Shown one piece after another: positions 20,429 through 30,874 of a stretch of DNA of 64,000 bases. The DNA comes from a virus. Numbering within the stretch: position 1 is the stretch's first letter; every line of letters begins with the position of its first letter. The notes below the pieces were generated by a model. That model was not told where the DNA came from, ran no database searches, and worked only from the letters and a program-made list of their open reading frames with translations. The stretch is from IMG/VR virus record IMGVR_UViG_3300029258_001887; one strand, given 5' to 3'. The translations under genes and the position numbers were made by a program.

Positions 20429-20845
20429 CTAGAACGGGATGTCGTCATCACCACCAGCCGGTGGTTCTGCCGGGGAAGTCGTAGCGCCCGCTGGCTGCGG
20501 TTCACTCTTCTTTTTCCCGTTCTTTTCGCACAACTGGAAATCGCGGAGAGTGATCGAGAACGAAACCCTCTTCTGGCCGTCCTTCTCCCACGAATCCTGC
20601 TTCATGTACCCACACACATAGATCGGCTGGCCCTTCTTGACGAGTTCTGCCATCCGGTCAGCGCGAGCACCCCAGACCTGAGCACGGAGGAAGCAAGGTT
20701 CCTGTTGCCACTTCTTGTCCTTGTCCTGGTAGCTCCGGTTGAAGGCCAAGCTGACGGTACATACCGCCGTATTGTTCTGTCCGACGTAACGTAGCTCCGG
20801 GTCTGCCGTCGCAACACCAACACCAAATACACCGAGTTCTGCCAT
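20429..20845 (-). CDS. ssb: single-stranded DNA-binding protein
   Basis: DPELRY, LAFNR, VWG..A, KGQPIYVCG; C-terminal DDDIPF. Confidence 0.95.
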   Translation of the reverse strand: MAELGVFGVGVATADPELRYVGQNNTAVCTVSLAFNRSYQDKDKKWQQEPCFLRAQVWGARADRMAELVKKGQPIYVCGYMKQDSWEKDGQKRVSFSITLRDFQLCEKNGKKKSEPQPAGATTSPAEPPAGGDDDIPF

Positions 20846-20886
20846 TTTCTTCACCTTTCGTGTTTAGAGATCAGTCCACTCTTCTT

Positions 20887-20915
20887 ATTATACGTCCAAG
20901 TCGAGTGTTTGTTCC
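20887..20915 (-). promoter_or_regulatory. phage promoter GGAAC-N18-TATAAT upstream of ssb
   Basis: GGAAC AAACACTCGACTTGGA CG TATAAT; one of four identically spaced copies. Confidence 0.8.
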
Positions 20916-20920
20916 ACAGA

Positions 20921-22768
20921 TTACATCAATTTTTGTATGTCGCGGATAATAAAACTGCCGTTCTTCTTCTGCCCGTAAATCAGACAGATCAAGTCATCCT
21001 TGCAAAATGCTTTCAGTCGTTCAAATACGTCAGGAAAAACAACCGCATGGTCGATTGAATAGGTCGAGTCGGATAGGGTCAAAAAGCACATCGGCTGACC
21101 CGGATTGCTTCCACGCTTGGTTTTTGTGTGCTTGACACCATCGATGATAGCACAAACTGCGATATCTTCGTTGTTGGGTGCCTTGGCAATCTCTAAGCAG
21201 GTGTGAGTCGCTAGACTGTCATCAGCGTCGTCTGCGGGAGAACACGACAGAGCTATCCCCAGGAAGTGCTTTTCTGCTGCCGCACTAGCCGTATTGCTGT
21301 CATCGAGGGGTGTTTCCAACATCGCTGCTTTGGCCGCTACTATTCTTCGTCGGGCATCGTTATTGCATGGTGGCTTCACTACCACATCTTGGTACCCATT
21401 CTGAACCATCAACTCTTCGATCTGTTTCTTGGTGCGATCCCCCAGAGTGTCCAGCCAAGCCTGCTTTTCTTCTGGGGACGTGTACACGAATTTACTGTCC
21501 CCGTCCACGATACCGTCGAACGCAGAACCGGCTTGGTCGAGATACCCGACCGCTGCGGCCACCAGTTCTTTCTTGACCATTTGGCCCATCGTCTTCGTTT
21601 TTTCGCCGGGGGGCTGGGCCATCTGAACTAGAATCTCTTGGGTGGTCATAGCACCCTGTTGTAACTGGTCGAAAAAGTACACTTTCTCTTTATTTGTCAA
21701 TCCTTTGACTTCAACTTTCTTGCCGGTGGCGTCGTGTGCGGTGGTGCCAAGAATGACTTCTAATTCTCGGACCATCTCGCTGCGACCCATTCCGTAGCAA
21801 TCACAGGCCCCCGATTTGATCAGGGCAATCCCAACATTCCTGTGGAAGTCTGGAACGGCTGCGAGGAAGCTGGCCCAAGTCTTCAGAGAGCCCGCTCCTG
21901 GCGTTGTAGAAGCCGCTGAGACGATCTTCTCGATGGCTGAGGCTCCGACACCCCTGACGTGCGCCAGGCCGAATGCTACGCCTTTCTGTGGTTCCTCGGT
22001 CATCTGGAAGTGGATGTTTCCACGGCGGATATCCGGGGGCAGAATGTCTACGCCGAACAGTCGGGCATCCTGTACCAGTTTATAAATTTCTTCCTTGGGA
22101 TCACCTTTGTACTGGGAGTAGGTGAGGTAGCTGGTGAAAAATTCGTGTGGGAAGTGGCACTTTAACCACGCGGTTTGGTAGGCGATCATCCCGTAGCTGA
22201 CGGCATGGCTTTTGTTAAACGAGTATCTCTGGCATTTTTCGATCCAGCCGAAGATTTCTTCTGCCACACCACGGGCAATATTCCCGTGCTCCTGAGCACC
22301 TTTGACGAATTTGTTCTTCAGCTTTGCCATGAGTTCCGGCTTTTTCTTGCCGATGGCCTTCCGAAGTTCGTCGGCACTCTCGGGGCTGAAACCAGCGATA
22401 TCTGTGGCGATACGGATGGCCTGCTCTTGGTAGACGAGGCAACCGTATGTGGGCTGGAGAATCGGCTTTAGAGATGGGTGTAGGTAGGATGGTTGCTTGC
22501 GACCGAATTTGATGTCAACGTAGTCTTGTGTCATCCCGGCCTCAAGTGGACCTGGACGGAGAAGGGCTGTGAGCGCAGCAAGTTCCTCTAGGCTATCAGG
22601 TCGGACTCTCTTGGCCCAATCCTGACCCAGTTTTTTTTCCAACTGGAAAACGCCCACCGTGTGGCCACCAGCGATCAGTCGCCATACAGCAGGACAATCC
22701 AGAGGGATATCGTTGATACTAAATTTACCCTTCTCGACATTGCACTTGCAATTGGTGAACTCGATCAT
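20921..22768 (-). CDS. dnaE: DNA polymerase III alpha subunit, C-terminal half (fingers, HhH, OB)
   Basis: IPLD, GVFQLE, ALLRPGP, YQEQ, LRKAIGKK, YSFNKSHA, LPPDI, EKHFLG, MCFLTLSD. Confidence 0.93.
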   Translation of the reverse strand: MIEFTNCKCNVEKGKFSINDIPLDCPAVWRLIAGGHTVGVFQLEKKLGQDWAKRVRPDSLEELAALTALLRPGPLEAGMTQDYVDIKFGRKQPSYLHPSLKPILQPTYGCLVYQEQAIRIATDIAGFSPESADELRKAIGKKKPELMAKLKNKFVKGAQEHGNIARGVAEEIFGWIEKCQRYSFNKSHAVSYGMIAYQTAWLKCHFPHEFFTSYLTYSQYKGDPKEEIYKLVQDARLFGVDILPPDIRRGNIHFQMTEEPQKGVAFGLAHVRGVGASAIEKIVSAASTTPGAGSLKTWASFLAAVPDFHRNVGIALIKSGACDCYGMGRSEMVRELEVILGTTAHDATGKKVEVKGLTNKEKVYFFDQLQQGAMTTQEILVQMAQPPGEKTKTMGQMVKKELVAAAVGYLDQAGSAFDGIVDGDSKFVYTSPEEKQAWLDTLGDRTKKQIEELMVQNGYQDVVVKPPCNNDARRRIVAAKAAMLETPLDDSNTASAAAEKHFLGIALSCSPADDADDSLATHTCLEIAKAPNNEDIAVCAIIDGVKHTKTKRGSNPGQPMCFLTLSDSTYSIDHAVVFPDVFERLKAFCKDDLICLIYGQKKNGSFIIRDIQKLM

Positions 22769-22773
22769 ACCTC

Positions 22774-22802
22774 ATTATACCTCTAAGTCGGTCAGTTGTT
22801 CC
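22774..22802 (-). promoter_or_regulatory. phage promoter GGAAC-N18-TATAAT upstream of dnaE C-half
   Basis: GGAAC AACTGACCGACTTAGA GG TATAAT GAGGT ATG. Confidence 0.8.
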
Positions 22803-22808
22803 ACAAAA

Positions 22809-23636
22809 TCAGAAATTTTCGTACGCGCGTGCGATTGCTGCAAGGATGCCACCGATCTGTGGGGACATGGCCGATAACTGTCGGAACAGAGGTGTCTTGA
22901 CAGCGGCCAAGATTTCTGGCTTATGGTTCCGATAACCTTTGGCACCCTGGAGTCCCCTGATGCCACCACATTCGGCCAGCCGAATATGCGTTCCATGATG
23001 GTTTGATGTTGCCAACGAGGGCCAGTATGTTTCCGATAGGTTGGCTGGTGGTTCCCCAAGGCTTGATTCCAAGACCATGTGCAGTAGGAGTTGTTCGTTG
23101 AAGCCCTGTTCAGGAAGGCGAATTTGACCGGCCTTGAGCATTGGGCGATACTTGTTAATCATGGGCCGCATCGCTGCGAACCATTCTCTTGGCTTGATGA
23201 CATGGATGCCGCTCATCCGTCTCGGCCCGGCCTGCGGCGGTCTGATGAAATTACTGTACGGGATTCCTAGCTGGTCACAATGTGCGAGATGCTGATCCAT
23301 GTACGGTGGAGTCTCAACATAGGTTGCCATATCGACATCGCCGATAGACATGCAGTCGTACTGTTCGAAGGCTGGCTCGAAGGTTAACCACCGGAGGCAT
23401 TTGATTGTATTGGCGTCCGTATGTGTGTATTCTGGAAAGGCTCGCTCTCGCACCTCGAAGTTGCCCGACAGCAAAGTGAGCATCTGGCGGATGTTGTCTG
23501 CCAATGCTACGTCAAGCAGCACAAGCTTGTGGGCTTTTGGGTATGCTCTGTTGAGGAAATACAGGAACCATGGGACATATTTTTGATATGGCCGGTTGGC
23601 TACTGTCATGAAGCACATCTTGCTTTCATCAGGCAT
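22809..23636 (-). CDS. putative GT-A fold glycosyltransferase
   Basis: IGDVD (DxD), NEQLL; cluster context. Confidence 0.5.
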   Translation of the reverse strand: MPDESKMCFMTVANRPYQKYVPWFLYFLNRAYPKAHKLVLLDVALADNIRQMLTLLSGNFEVRERAFPEYTHTDANTIKCLRWLTFEPAFEQYDCMSIGDVDMATYVETPPYMDQHLAHCDQLGIPYSNFIRPPQAGPRRMSGIHVIKPREWFAAMRPMINKYRPMLKAGQIRLPEQGFNEQLLLHMVLESSLGEPPANLSETYWPSLATSNHHGTHIRLAECGGIRGLQGAKGYRNHKPEILAAVKTPLFRQLSAMSPQIGGILAAIARAYENF

Positions 23637-24570
23637 TGGTTGTCCCCCTGTAATAATCTATGGCTCGTCGCATTCCCTCTTCGAAGCTGACAATGGGTTG
23701 GTATCCAAGCAGGGATTGTGCTAGTTGTATGTCGGCGCATGAATGCTTGATGTCTCCGGGGCGTTCTTCTGTGTAGTCCGCAATTCGCTGCATACCAAGT
23801 AGATCACAAATGATATCTATGACACGATTGACCGTGATCTGCCCACCACATGCAACGTTAACCGCTTCGCCGTGCGTCTCTTGTGCCATCATGGCGAGGA
23901 TGTTGCCTATTACAACATTGTCTATGTATGTGAAGTCTCGTGTTTGCTCGCCATCTCCGTAGACTGTTGGTGCTTGTCCTCGGAGTAGTAGGGTAACAAA
24001 CGCAGGGATGGCTGCTGCGTATTGACTGTTGGGGTCTTGTCTTTCGCCGAAAACATTGAAGTACCTCAGAGATACTGTCTGCAACCCATAGCACTCGTAG
24101 AACGCTTTGCAATATCGTTCTCCGGTGTACTTTTGTACCGCGTATGGGCTGAGTGGCATTGGACAAATGCCTTCGTGCTTGGGCGATTCTACCGTATCTC
24201 CGTATGCCGAACTGCTACCCGCATAAATGAATCTTTTGGCCCCACACCATTTGGCTGCTTTGAGCATATTGAATGTTCCGTTGATATTCACTGCGTGACT
24301 GGGATTGGGATTGTCTACTGACTTCGGAACAGATGGGATGGCCGCTTGGTGGAAGACATATTCGACCCCTTCGCACGCAATTTCGCACTGCTTCGGATCG
24401 CAAATGTCTCCATAGATGAAAGCTATTTGTTCTCGTACATCTTCTAGGTTGGTAAAATCGCCGGTAGAGAGATCATCTAGCACCCGCACCGTATGTCCAT
24501 CCTGGAGTAGTCTATGGACCAGATGCGATCCTATAAAACCGGCACCGCCCGTAACCAGCGTTACTGCCAT
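23629..24570 (-). CDS. NAD-dependent nucleotide-sugar epimerase/dehydratase
   Basis: TGGAGFIGS, SSSAYG, YAVQK, LRYFNVFG, GDGEQTRDF. Confidence 0.95.
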   Translation of the reverse strand: MAVTLVTGGAGFIGSHLVHRLLQDGHTVRVLDDLSTGDFTNLEDVREQIAFIYGDICDPKQCEIACEGVEYVFHQAAIPSVPKSVDNPNPSHAVNINGTFNMLKAAKWCGAKRFIYAGSSSAYGDTVESPKHEGICPMPLSPYAVQKYTGERYCKAFYECYGLQTVSLRYFNVFGERQDPNSQYAAAIPAFVTLLLRGQAPTVYGDGEQTRDFTYIDNVVIGNILAMMAQETHGEAVNVACGGQITVNRVIDIICDLLGMQRIADYTEERPGDIKHSCADIQLAQSLLGYQPIVSFEEGMRRAIDYYRGTTNA

Positions 24571-25310
24571 TAGCTTCCCACCGCCCTTCTGAACATTTGT
24601 CCGAGCAGAGATGGAGCTTCGAGCAGTTGTTGACGATTCATCCGCAGAACTGGGCTATTGTATTGCCTGAACATTTCGTGGAATAACATGCAGCCATATG
24701 CGTCGTTGCCGCAATACTTATCTATCGGTTCTTTCCCGTCGAACCTAAATGCTTCCCACGAGGCGATTGGCATCAGCAGCCGATGGTCGAGATGATGGTA
24801 CTTGCGCCCCTTGACAGCTTGTCTGACCGTACCCGGACCCAGCGACCCCCACTTGAAGATGTGTCCAGGTGGATGGAGACTCAAAGCGTACTCAATCAGA
24901 GATACGGCTTTGGTGATCGTCGCACCGCCTTTGGTGGACAAAAGGAATCCGCTTTCTGGCTGCCCCGGAGGGAGTGTCGGTGATGCTGTGGCGACCAAAT
25001 CGATTTCCCCCTGCAAGAGATCGGCCAATGGCTTGAGGCTTCTGAACAGTATCAGGTCGCTGTCCAGCCAGATGCCGCCGTGTTCTCTAAGCAGCATGTA
25101 TCTCAGGAAGTTGGACTTGTTGTTGATTTGAGCTATCTGGAAAAAGCTCTCTGGGATGCTGGGTAGAAACTGCCTTACGTTCTCTGTGGTTACAATATTG
25201 ATTTCAAAATCCTCTCCACAATGCTTGCGGATAGTTTCCCAGCATAGCTGTATGTATGCTGGTGCTTCTGTCCGTCCTGGCGGATTGTCCCAGTATAGCC
25301 AAATATGCAT
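24570..25310 (-). CDS. GT32/capsular polysaccharide synthesis-type glycosyltransferase
   Basis: IWLYW, LRYMLLREHGGIWLDSD. Confidence 0.85.
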   Translation of the reverse strand: MHIWLYWDNPPGRTEAPAYIQLCWETIRKHCGEDFEINIVTTENVRQFLPSIPESFFQIAQINNKSNFLRYMLLREHGGIWLDSDLILFRSLKPLADLLQGEIDLVATASPTLPPGQPESGFLLSTKGGATITKAVSLIEYALSLHPPGHIFKWGSLGPGTVRQAVKGRKYHHLDHRLLMPIASWEAFRFDGKEPIDKYCGNDAYGCMLFHEMFRQYNSPVLRMNRQQLLEAPSLLGQMFRRAVGS

Positions 25311-25319
25311 TCTCTTCTC

Positions 25320-25895
25320 CTAACTGACTACCGAAAACAGCACCATGTGTCTGTGGTCCCCCATATAGACATGGACGTTGTTGATGCCCTCGGCCTTTAT
25401 TCGCTCTCGAAGTTCCTTTTCTTTGTGCTGCTGCGAAGGACTTTTCCTTACGTCGAAATCAACAAAGGTGGCTTTAACCTTCCTGTATTCACCCGTATCT
25501 AATAGGTCGCTGATAATATCGCATTCGCTACCTTCGCAATTCAACTTCAAGAACACTTCGTCATCTTCCGACATGTTCTCTCGGAACCAATCTGACGCCT
25601 TGACAAAACGACATCGCGTCACACGAGGCTCCGGGTTGCAGGTTGTTTGATAGTCGGCGTGTACTGTACCCCCTTGACTGCCTTCGTTGTGCAAGTCCAT
25701 CTCACACTCACTTGACCATAGACCGACCTTGACAATCGTCACCTTCGGGTTGGTTCCGAACTTGCGATCCAAGATATCGTGACACAAGGGCGATGGGTCA
25801 AATCCGAAGATGTGATCCACCTTGAATCTGGGTCTAAGTAGAAGTTCGATTGTCTGCCCATGATGGGCACCTATGTCCAGAAAGATACGCTTCAT
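25320..25895 (-). CDS. FkbM-family methyltransferase
   Basis: FLDIGAHHG, FLKLNCEGSE. Confidence 0.85.
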   Translation of the reverse strand: MKRIFLDIGAHHGQTIELLLRPRFKVDHIFGFDPSPLCHDILDRKFGTNPKVTIVKVGLWSSECEMDLHNEGSQGGTVHADYQTTCNPEPRVTRCRFVKASDWFRENMSEDDEVFLKLNCEGSECDIISDLLDTGEYRKVKATFVDFDVRKSPSQQHKEKELRERIKAEGINNVHVYMGDHRHMVLFSVVS

Positions 25896-25896
25896 T

Positions 25897-26742
25897 CTAC
25901 TTCCTCCAGTCTGTGTAAACAAAGCGGGCCAAAAAACAATCGTCGTGGATGTGGAAGGCGAATTTCAGTTTCGGGAGTAATCCTGTGACCCTCAATTGTT
26001 TGAGTGCAAATTCATGATTGGAAGGAACACCTTGCCGCAGAAAGGTACCAAGATTGTCGTACAAATCGCCGAACTTGTCCATAATTTCAGAGCCGCCGAA
26101 GAACCAATAGTCTGCCAGTGCCGGGTAATGTGGGTCATGTGGGTATCCAATATGAACATGCCTGAGTGTTGGATCATTCTTCTTGTTCCATCCGTGGAAG
26201 AACCAATCTTCGTGTCTGATACCATGCCCATTTGGAAGCTTCATGACACACCAGTTGGATGCATAGAAGTGGTTCGGGTCAAACTTGCTGAAATAGACAT
26301 CCACCATCCATGCAACATCGAAGCGGCCAATCATTACCATGTCGTATCGAAAGCCATGTTCCTCTTCGTATTGCCGTTTGAGGTGCATACACTTTTGAAC
26401 GCTGTACCATCGGGCGGCGGTAATCTGAGTTTTGGATGTTTCGCCATCCGGGTAACCTACGTCCACCTTGCCCCCAACGAAACTGAATTTGGGGTCTGGT
26501 TCAAAGATCGCTGCCTTGGGTTGGTAAGCATCCCTTAGTTCTTGCTCCACTTGGACACTTGGGGTGTGCATGAAAACATCCACCTGATCATTCTTGCTAA
26601 ATAGATGTCGTTGATAGTGTTCTAGCCCCTTGGTCCATTCCACCGGAGTTCTTTTGCCGTTATGTCCGTTCCACATTTGGCCACCCACGACCTTCTTGCC
26701 TGGGTGCATTGCCATTCCACTCAAACAAAGTGCGACTCTCAT
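25897..26742 (-). CDS. putative glycosyltransferase-like protein
   Basis: MRVALCLSG, DVFMH, YDMVMIGRFD, DYWFFG pattern seen in glycan-locus proteins. Confidence 0.55.
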   Translation of the reverse strand: MRVALCLSGMAMHPGKKVVGGQMWNGHNGKRTPVEWTKGLEHYQRHLFSKNDQVDVFMHTPSVQVEQELRDAYQPKAAIFEPDPKFSFVGGKVDVGYPDGETSKTQITAARWYSVQKCMHLKRQYEEEHGFRYDMVMIGRFDVAWMVDVYFSKFDPNHFYASNWCVMKLPNGHGIRHEDWFFHGWNKKNDPTLRHVHIGYPHDPHYPALADYWFFGGSEIMDKFGDLYDNLGTFLRQGVPSNHEFALKQLRVTGLLPKLKFAFHIHDDCFLARFVYTDWRK

Positions 26743-26751
26743 GCGATCCTC

Positions 26752-27345
26752 CTACTCCAAGACGCGGACTATCTTGCGCTCTTCGCCAGATGGTGTATGA
26801 TCGACAAATGGTACAATTTCACAGCGACGACCGAATGCTGCTACCCATTCGTTGAACGCTCGCTGTTCATGATCATCATACTGAGCATCGTGTTTGTAGA
26901 ACCATTCGTCGAAGACGATGATCGTGCCCTCGACGATGTAGTCGTTCAAGGCCCACAACACCTCTTTGGCAGAGCTATAGAGGTCAGAATCAACGTGCAA
27001 TAACGCAATTGGTTGTGCTACTTTGAGATGGTCTGGCAATGTATCCGAAAACCATCCGGCGTAGAACTTTACATTTGGAACATTGGGGATAACACCGTTG
27101 GTCGAAAAGTATTCTGGTGGAACCACAACGACCCCGTGCTTGTCTATCCAAGCCTCTGGTAGTCCCACGAATGAGTCAAACCCAAATACCTGGAATGAAT
27201 CATCTAGTGTCTGTCGTATAACCCTGATTGTCTCACCACGACAAACACCAAATTCCAAGACGTGCTTGTACCTGCTATCCAACAACGTTAGTCCATGCTG
27301 TAGGCTAGAGCGTATCACGGCCACACCTTTCTTTGTATGTTTCAA
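26752..27345 (-). CDS. TylF/MycF-like O-methyltransferase
   Basis: LEFGV..G, GFDSFVGLPE, GWFSDTL, LHVDSDLYSS, IVFDE. Confidence 0.85.
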   Translation of the reverse strand: MKHTKKGVAVIRSSLQHGLTLLDSRYKHVLEFGVCRGETIRVIRQTLDDSFQVFGFDSFVGLPEAWIDKHGVVVVPPEYFSTNGVIPNVPNVKFYAGWFSDTLPDHLKVAQPIALLHVDSDLYSSAKEVLWALNDYIVEGTIIVFDEWFYKHDAQYDDHEQRAFNEWVAAFGRRCEIVPFVDHTPSGEERKIVRVLE

Positions 27346-27973
27346 ACAACTGGCTGAAACTAGCCAGAAATTCCTGGTCCTCCGTTGAGACTTCGAATGG
27401 TTGGTTGTTTAGAGGGTGCCAGCCCACTGTTTTAGTTACTGGGTCCAGAGATTTTCTTTTCCATCCCAACCGTTGCTGAACACTGTCCAAAACAACTTCC
27501 TGATCCTGTTGCATCTGTTCGTATGTGATAGTCCAATCTGCGTATGTTAACCAAAACATGTTGGTCAATAGCCACAGTTCGGGTGGCGTTGCTAATTGAT
27601 CTTGTATCCAACTTCTCCTGGGTTGAGATACGATCTTGTCGTCGAAGTAGATTTTGCATTTACCAATCACTCTTGGCATCTTCCTGTATGGCGTTCGGAT
27701 GAAATCCGAGAAGTCAGCCAGCTTGATACCATTACGTTCTCTCATTCTGAACACAGACATCAAAACAGGTTGTATGCTGCGACTACAGTGGAGGATGTGA
27801 GCACGCTTATAATGCTCTCGTATCTCTGTGTCGAACTTGTGGCCACCAAACATATCCATATACTTGGTATACGGAGTGACAAAACTATCGAAGATAGTTC
27901 TAAGCACCCAATGTGTTCCACTGCGTGGGTGAGTCACTAGCCGCAATCTGTCTTTCTTAAATTTCCGTGCCAC
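27305..27973 (-). CDS. PAPS-dependent sulfotransferase
   Basis: 5'-PSB-like loop THPRSGTHW; R......S 3'-PB-like segment; ITYEQM. Confidence 0.65.
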   Translation of the reverse strand: MARKFKKDRLRLVTHPRSGTHWVLRTIFDSFVTPYTKYMDMFGGHKFDTEIREHYKRAHILHCSRSIQPVLMSVFRMRERNGIKLADFSDFIRTPYRKMPRVIGKCKIYFDDKIVSQPRRSWIQDQLATPPELWLLTNMFWLTYADWTITYEQMQQDQEVVLDSVQQRLGWKRKSLDPVTKTVGWHPLNNQPFEVSTEDQEFLASFSQLFETYKERCGRDTL

Positions 27974-29543
27974 TGTTTTCCTCCAAGAGATTGTGCAACA
28001 TCAACTTACCAAGGTGGAACAACATCTCGGCGTATGGTTGGTGATGCAATGCTGCGATATTTAGATATATCAGTGCTGTCAACACCTTGACCTTGTGACA
28101 ATCATAATGATGCCGTGTCAAATATCGTTGTAACCATGTTTCACAATCGATGAGAATTTGTCGCCTCAGAAAATCGAAGTTGACTGTAGTTCCATCGATA
28201 TCTATTTCGTATAAACCACGGTGGATAATGCCGTGAGAAACTATCAGGCCATGCCACAGTTTTGCCAGATCGTAGTATATGTCGCCATAGTCACTGAGTC
28301 CACCAAAGTTCTGTCGCCAGTCGAGCAAGCTGAAGGCACTGCCTGTGTCGATCGTGTTCTCGAAGTGGAGATCACCATGAAAGCGAACCGGAATACCTTC
28401 GGATATCCATGTCCAATCGACATGTTCCAGCAACTCTGCCGCAGATGGTACATTCACTCCGTTAATGCACTGCGCCGAATCCTCGTATCCGAATCGGTCG
28501 AAATAAGCCTGCACTCGTTGAATGGTTTTGTCTTGGTAGAATTTGCGGTATGCCTCTCTTACCTCCACAGTCAATAATTGTCTATCACCCCATAGTCCCT
28601 CCAGCCACGCCAAAAACTCTTTGAACCGCAGCATGGTAACTGTGTCGGATAGCACCCTACCCTCAACCATAGGATAACAATACATGTTGGCGGTGCTGCC
28701 CTCAATTTCGGGGACGTATCCATCGAGCGAAGTCTTGGCCCTGGCAACTCTTTGAGCAATGAAATCCCGATCTGTTGAGAACTTCACCACCCTACCATTG
28801 CAGAACCATATATGCTCCTGAGCCTTCGGTAGAATATTGGGATCATCTTCTGTCCCGAACACCTGATTAGCGTACGACAGGGCCTCTACTGTCCCTGTAT
28901 CGTACCATGTGAACTTGACACCCTTGACCGACTGTTGCTTGACCATCGAAGCCAGGGCAAATGACTCCCCCTGGTTCGTCGTGCCCTCTTGGAGCGCTCT
29001 ATCCATAGCCGCCCAGAAGGCTTTGTAGTCGTTGACGCCGCAGATGCCAATGTACGCCTTCGCCTCTGGGTGGACCCCCTTTTCCCCCAAGTCCTTGACA
29101 ACGGTATCATCCCACGAGTCAGCTACGACAGAACGATAATCGTTACCAGCCCGAATGTCTGCATATCCTATCCAGTCATGATCGGGGCGAGGGATACTTT
29201 CTGTGACGATAGCGTCGTTGGTAAAGAAGATGAATGGACATTGCAACACATCTCGGTAGTCGCATAAATCTGCGGTTAGACCTTTTCGGTTAGCCCAGAT
29301 GAATGTGAAATTGCGATCTGGGTATGCTAGCGTGAGAAACTCTTGGACCAATTCCCCCTTGTGTCCCAGGTCGATGATGAGTTCCACATCTGGCGGAAAC
29401 TTCTCGACAATGTAGGAAATAATTGGACGGTTGGCCACAGGAACCAATGTCTTGTTAACATGGTCACAGTGGTTTCCCAATCGAGAACCTACTCCAGCGG
29501 TTGGAACTAGAACTTTGTACGACTTATTTTCTTCCGTAGTCAT
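27957..29543 (-). CDS. nucleotidyltransferase fused to APH/choline-kinase-like phosphotransferase
   Basis: AGVGSRL...K.L, WYDTGT; C-terminal FHGDLHFEN, LLDWR, GDIYYDLAKL. Confidence 0.85.
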   Translation of the reverse strand: MTTEENKSYKVLVPTAGVGSRLGNHCDHVNKTLVPVANRPIISYIVEKFPPDVELIIDLGHKGELVQEFLTLAYPDRNFTFIWANRKGLTADLCDYRDVLQCPFIFFTNDAIVTESIPRPDHDWIGYADIRAGNDYRSVVADSWDDTVVKDLGEKGVHPEAKAYIGICGVNDYKAFWAAMDRALQEGTTNQGESFALASMVKQQSVKGVKFTWYDTGTVEALSYANQVFGTEDDPNILPKAQEHIWFCNGRVVKFSTDRDFIAQRVARAKTSLDGYVPEIEGSTANMYCYPMVEGRVLSDTVTMLRFKEFLAWLEGLWGDRQLLTVEVREAYRKFYQDKTIQRVQAYFDRFGYEDSAQCINGVNVPSAAELLEHVDWTWISEGIPVRFHGDLHFENTIDTGSAFSLLDWRQNFGGLSDYGDIYYDLAKLWHGLIVSHGIIHRGLYEIDIDGTTVNFDFLRRQILIDCETWLQRYLTRHHYDCHKVKVLTALIYLNIAALHHQPYAEMLFHLGKLMLHNLLEENSGTEI

Positions 29544-29871
29544 CGCTCACCCTTATAACATCGTCTTGCTCTGGAGTAGACGCTTCTAGATAAATAGTAT
29601 CAGTTATCCCATACATACGGTGTGTTCTGCCTGCGGGAATTGTATAATGTTCTCCTGGCATTAATTGTATATCTTCCCAGATAGAATCTGAACCAGAAAA
29701 ATTAGTAGTAACGATTAGTATTCCACTTATTACTATAATAGTCTCGGTTTTGCGTTCATGATATTGTAAACTACAACGATTTCCAGCTTTCATAAATAAG
29801 CGCTTTACCATATAATTATTATTTACTTCTAACATTTCTTCCCTACCCCATGGCTTTTCAACGACTTTCAT
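29524..29871 (-). CDS. cupin (mannose-6-phosphate isomerase type II-like)
   Basis: VEKPWG, SLQYH..K.ET, HR, EAST...DDVIR..DDYGR. Confidence 0.85.
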   Translation of the reverse strand: MKVVEKPWGREEMLEVNNNYMVKRLFMKAGNRCSLQYHERKTETIIVISGILIVTTNFSGSDSIWEDIQLMPGEHYTIPAGRTHRMYGITDTIYLEASTPEQDDVIRVSDDYGRK

Positions 29872-30874
29872 TATCCCCCTCCAAAGCAAAAAGGTAGTGT
29901 TCGATGACCTTGGTTACTTCGTGGATAATTCCTTCGCGGACACTGATCTCTTTGGATAGCTGGTCGGCAAGTTCCTTGTATGCCGGTCCATTGAAGTGAT
30001 AGTGTCCCGCAACGAGTACGACCAACATCTGTTGTAGGGCATGGGACGCATTGACCCACTTTTTCCATCGGCCACCTTCGGTTACCTCATCGACAAATGG
30101 CTGTGTGTCTATCCCATATAGCAATGCCTGGGAAAGAATGTAGTTTGTCTGCACCACCCCAAGTTGCGGAGCTATGTTGACAGCATCTACAATCCCACGC
30201 CGTAGTTCTAGTTGTTCGCGGCTCAGATAATCGGCATTGTGTTCCTTGAGCTTGACCCCACACCCAGAGATTGCCCGATACATCTCGCCGACAGCATTGG
30301 CGTCAAATGTTCCTGTGTTGTGTGCTTCTCTGACGAGACTACCTGTTTGCACGACGTAGAAGACAGGGGTGGCGACCTGTTGGCACGCACGGACCCCAGC
30401 GACTATCTTGCCTGTGTCGGTCTCTGTGACGCCCACATTCTCATCGGTGCCGATCTCGAACATGACATTCGGGTTGATACCCAGAGCGAATTGCATCAAC
30501 TCGGTTGTGAGGCGTATCTTCTGATCGTGTTCAACCTGCATGTGGCACAGGTCTAAATGAATCAAATCAAAACCGTTCTCCAAATCACACCGGATGGTCC
30601 GTCGTGTTTGATCCAGGTCGTGTTCGGGTTTCAGTCCGAATCCAGGCCCACAATGGTCTCGGCATATTACAACGTTAGCTTGCGGATATGATCTGCGCAA
30701 ATGATCAATATACTCTGTGTATTGTGGGGTCGTGAATACGTATCCATGATCAGCGTCTACCTGATTGCGCGAACAGATGAGCATTAGTTGTACGCCAAAC
30801 TTGTGGGAATAGCGAAAAACCGCTTCGATGACTTCATTGCTCATTGGCCCGCACGCCAGACTAGATGTCAACAT
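29858..30874 (-). CDS. KbaZ/GatZ-like sugar-phosphate aldolase/epimerase (TIM barrel)
   Basis: SRNQVD...GY, RDHCGPG, GFDLIHLD, EIGTDE, KEHNADY, NIAPQLG. Confidence 0.7.
   Translation of the reverse strand: MLTSSLACGPMSNEVIEAVFRYSHKFGVQLMLICSRNQVDADHGYVFTTPQYTEYIDHLRRSYPQANVVICRDHCGPGFGLKPEHDLDQTRRTIRCDLENGFDLIHLDLCHMQVEHDQKIRLTTELMQFALGINPNVMFEIGTDENVGVTETDTGKIVAGVRACQQVATPVFYVVQTGSLVREAHNTGTFDANAVGEMYRAISGCGVKLKEHNADYLSREQLELRRGIVDAVNIAPQLGVVQTNYILSQALLYGIDTQPFVDEVTEGGRWKKWVNASHALQQMLVVLVAGHYHFNGPAYKELADQLSKEISVREGIIHEVTKVIEHYLFALEGDNESR

Noticed and set aside
22700-22768. Split-intein C-fragment at the start of the dnaE C-half (MIEFTNCKC)
   Set aside because: An Asn-Cys pair is present but there is no block F/G, and the N-half ends without any IntN domain
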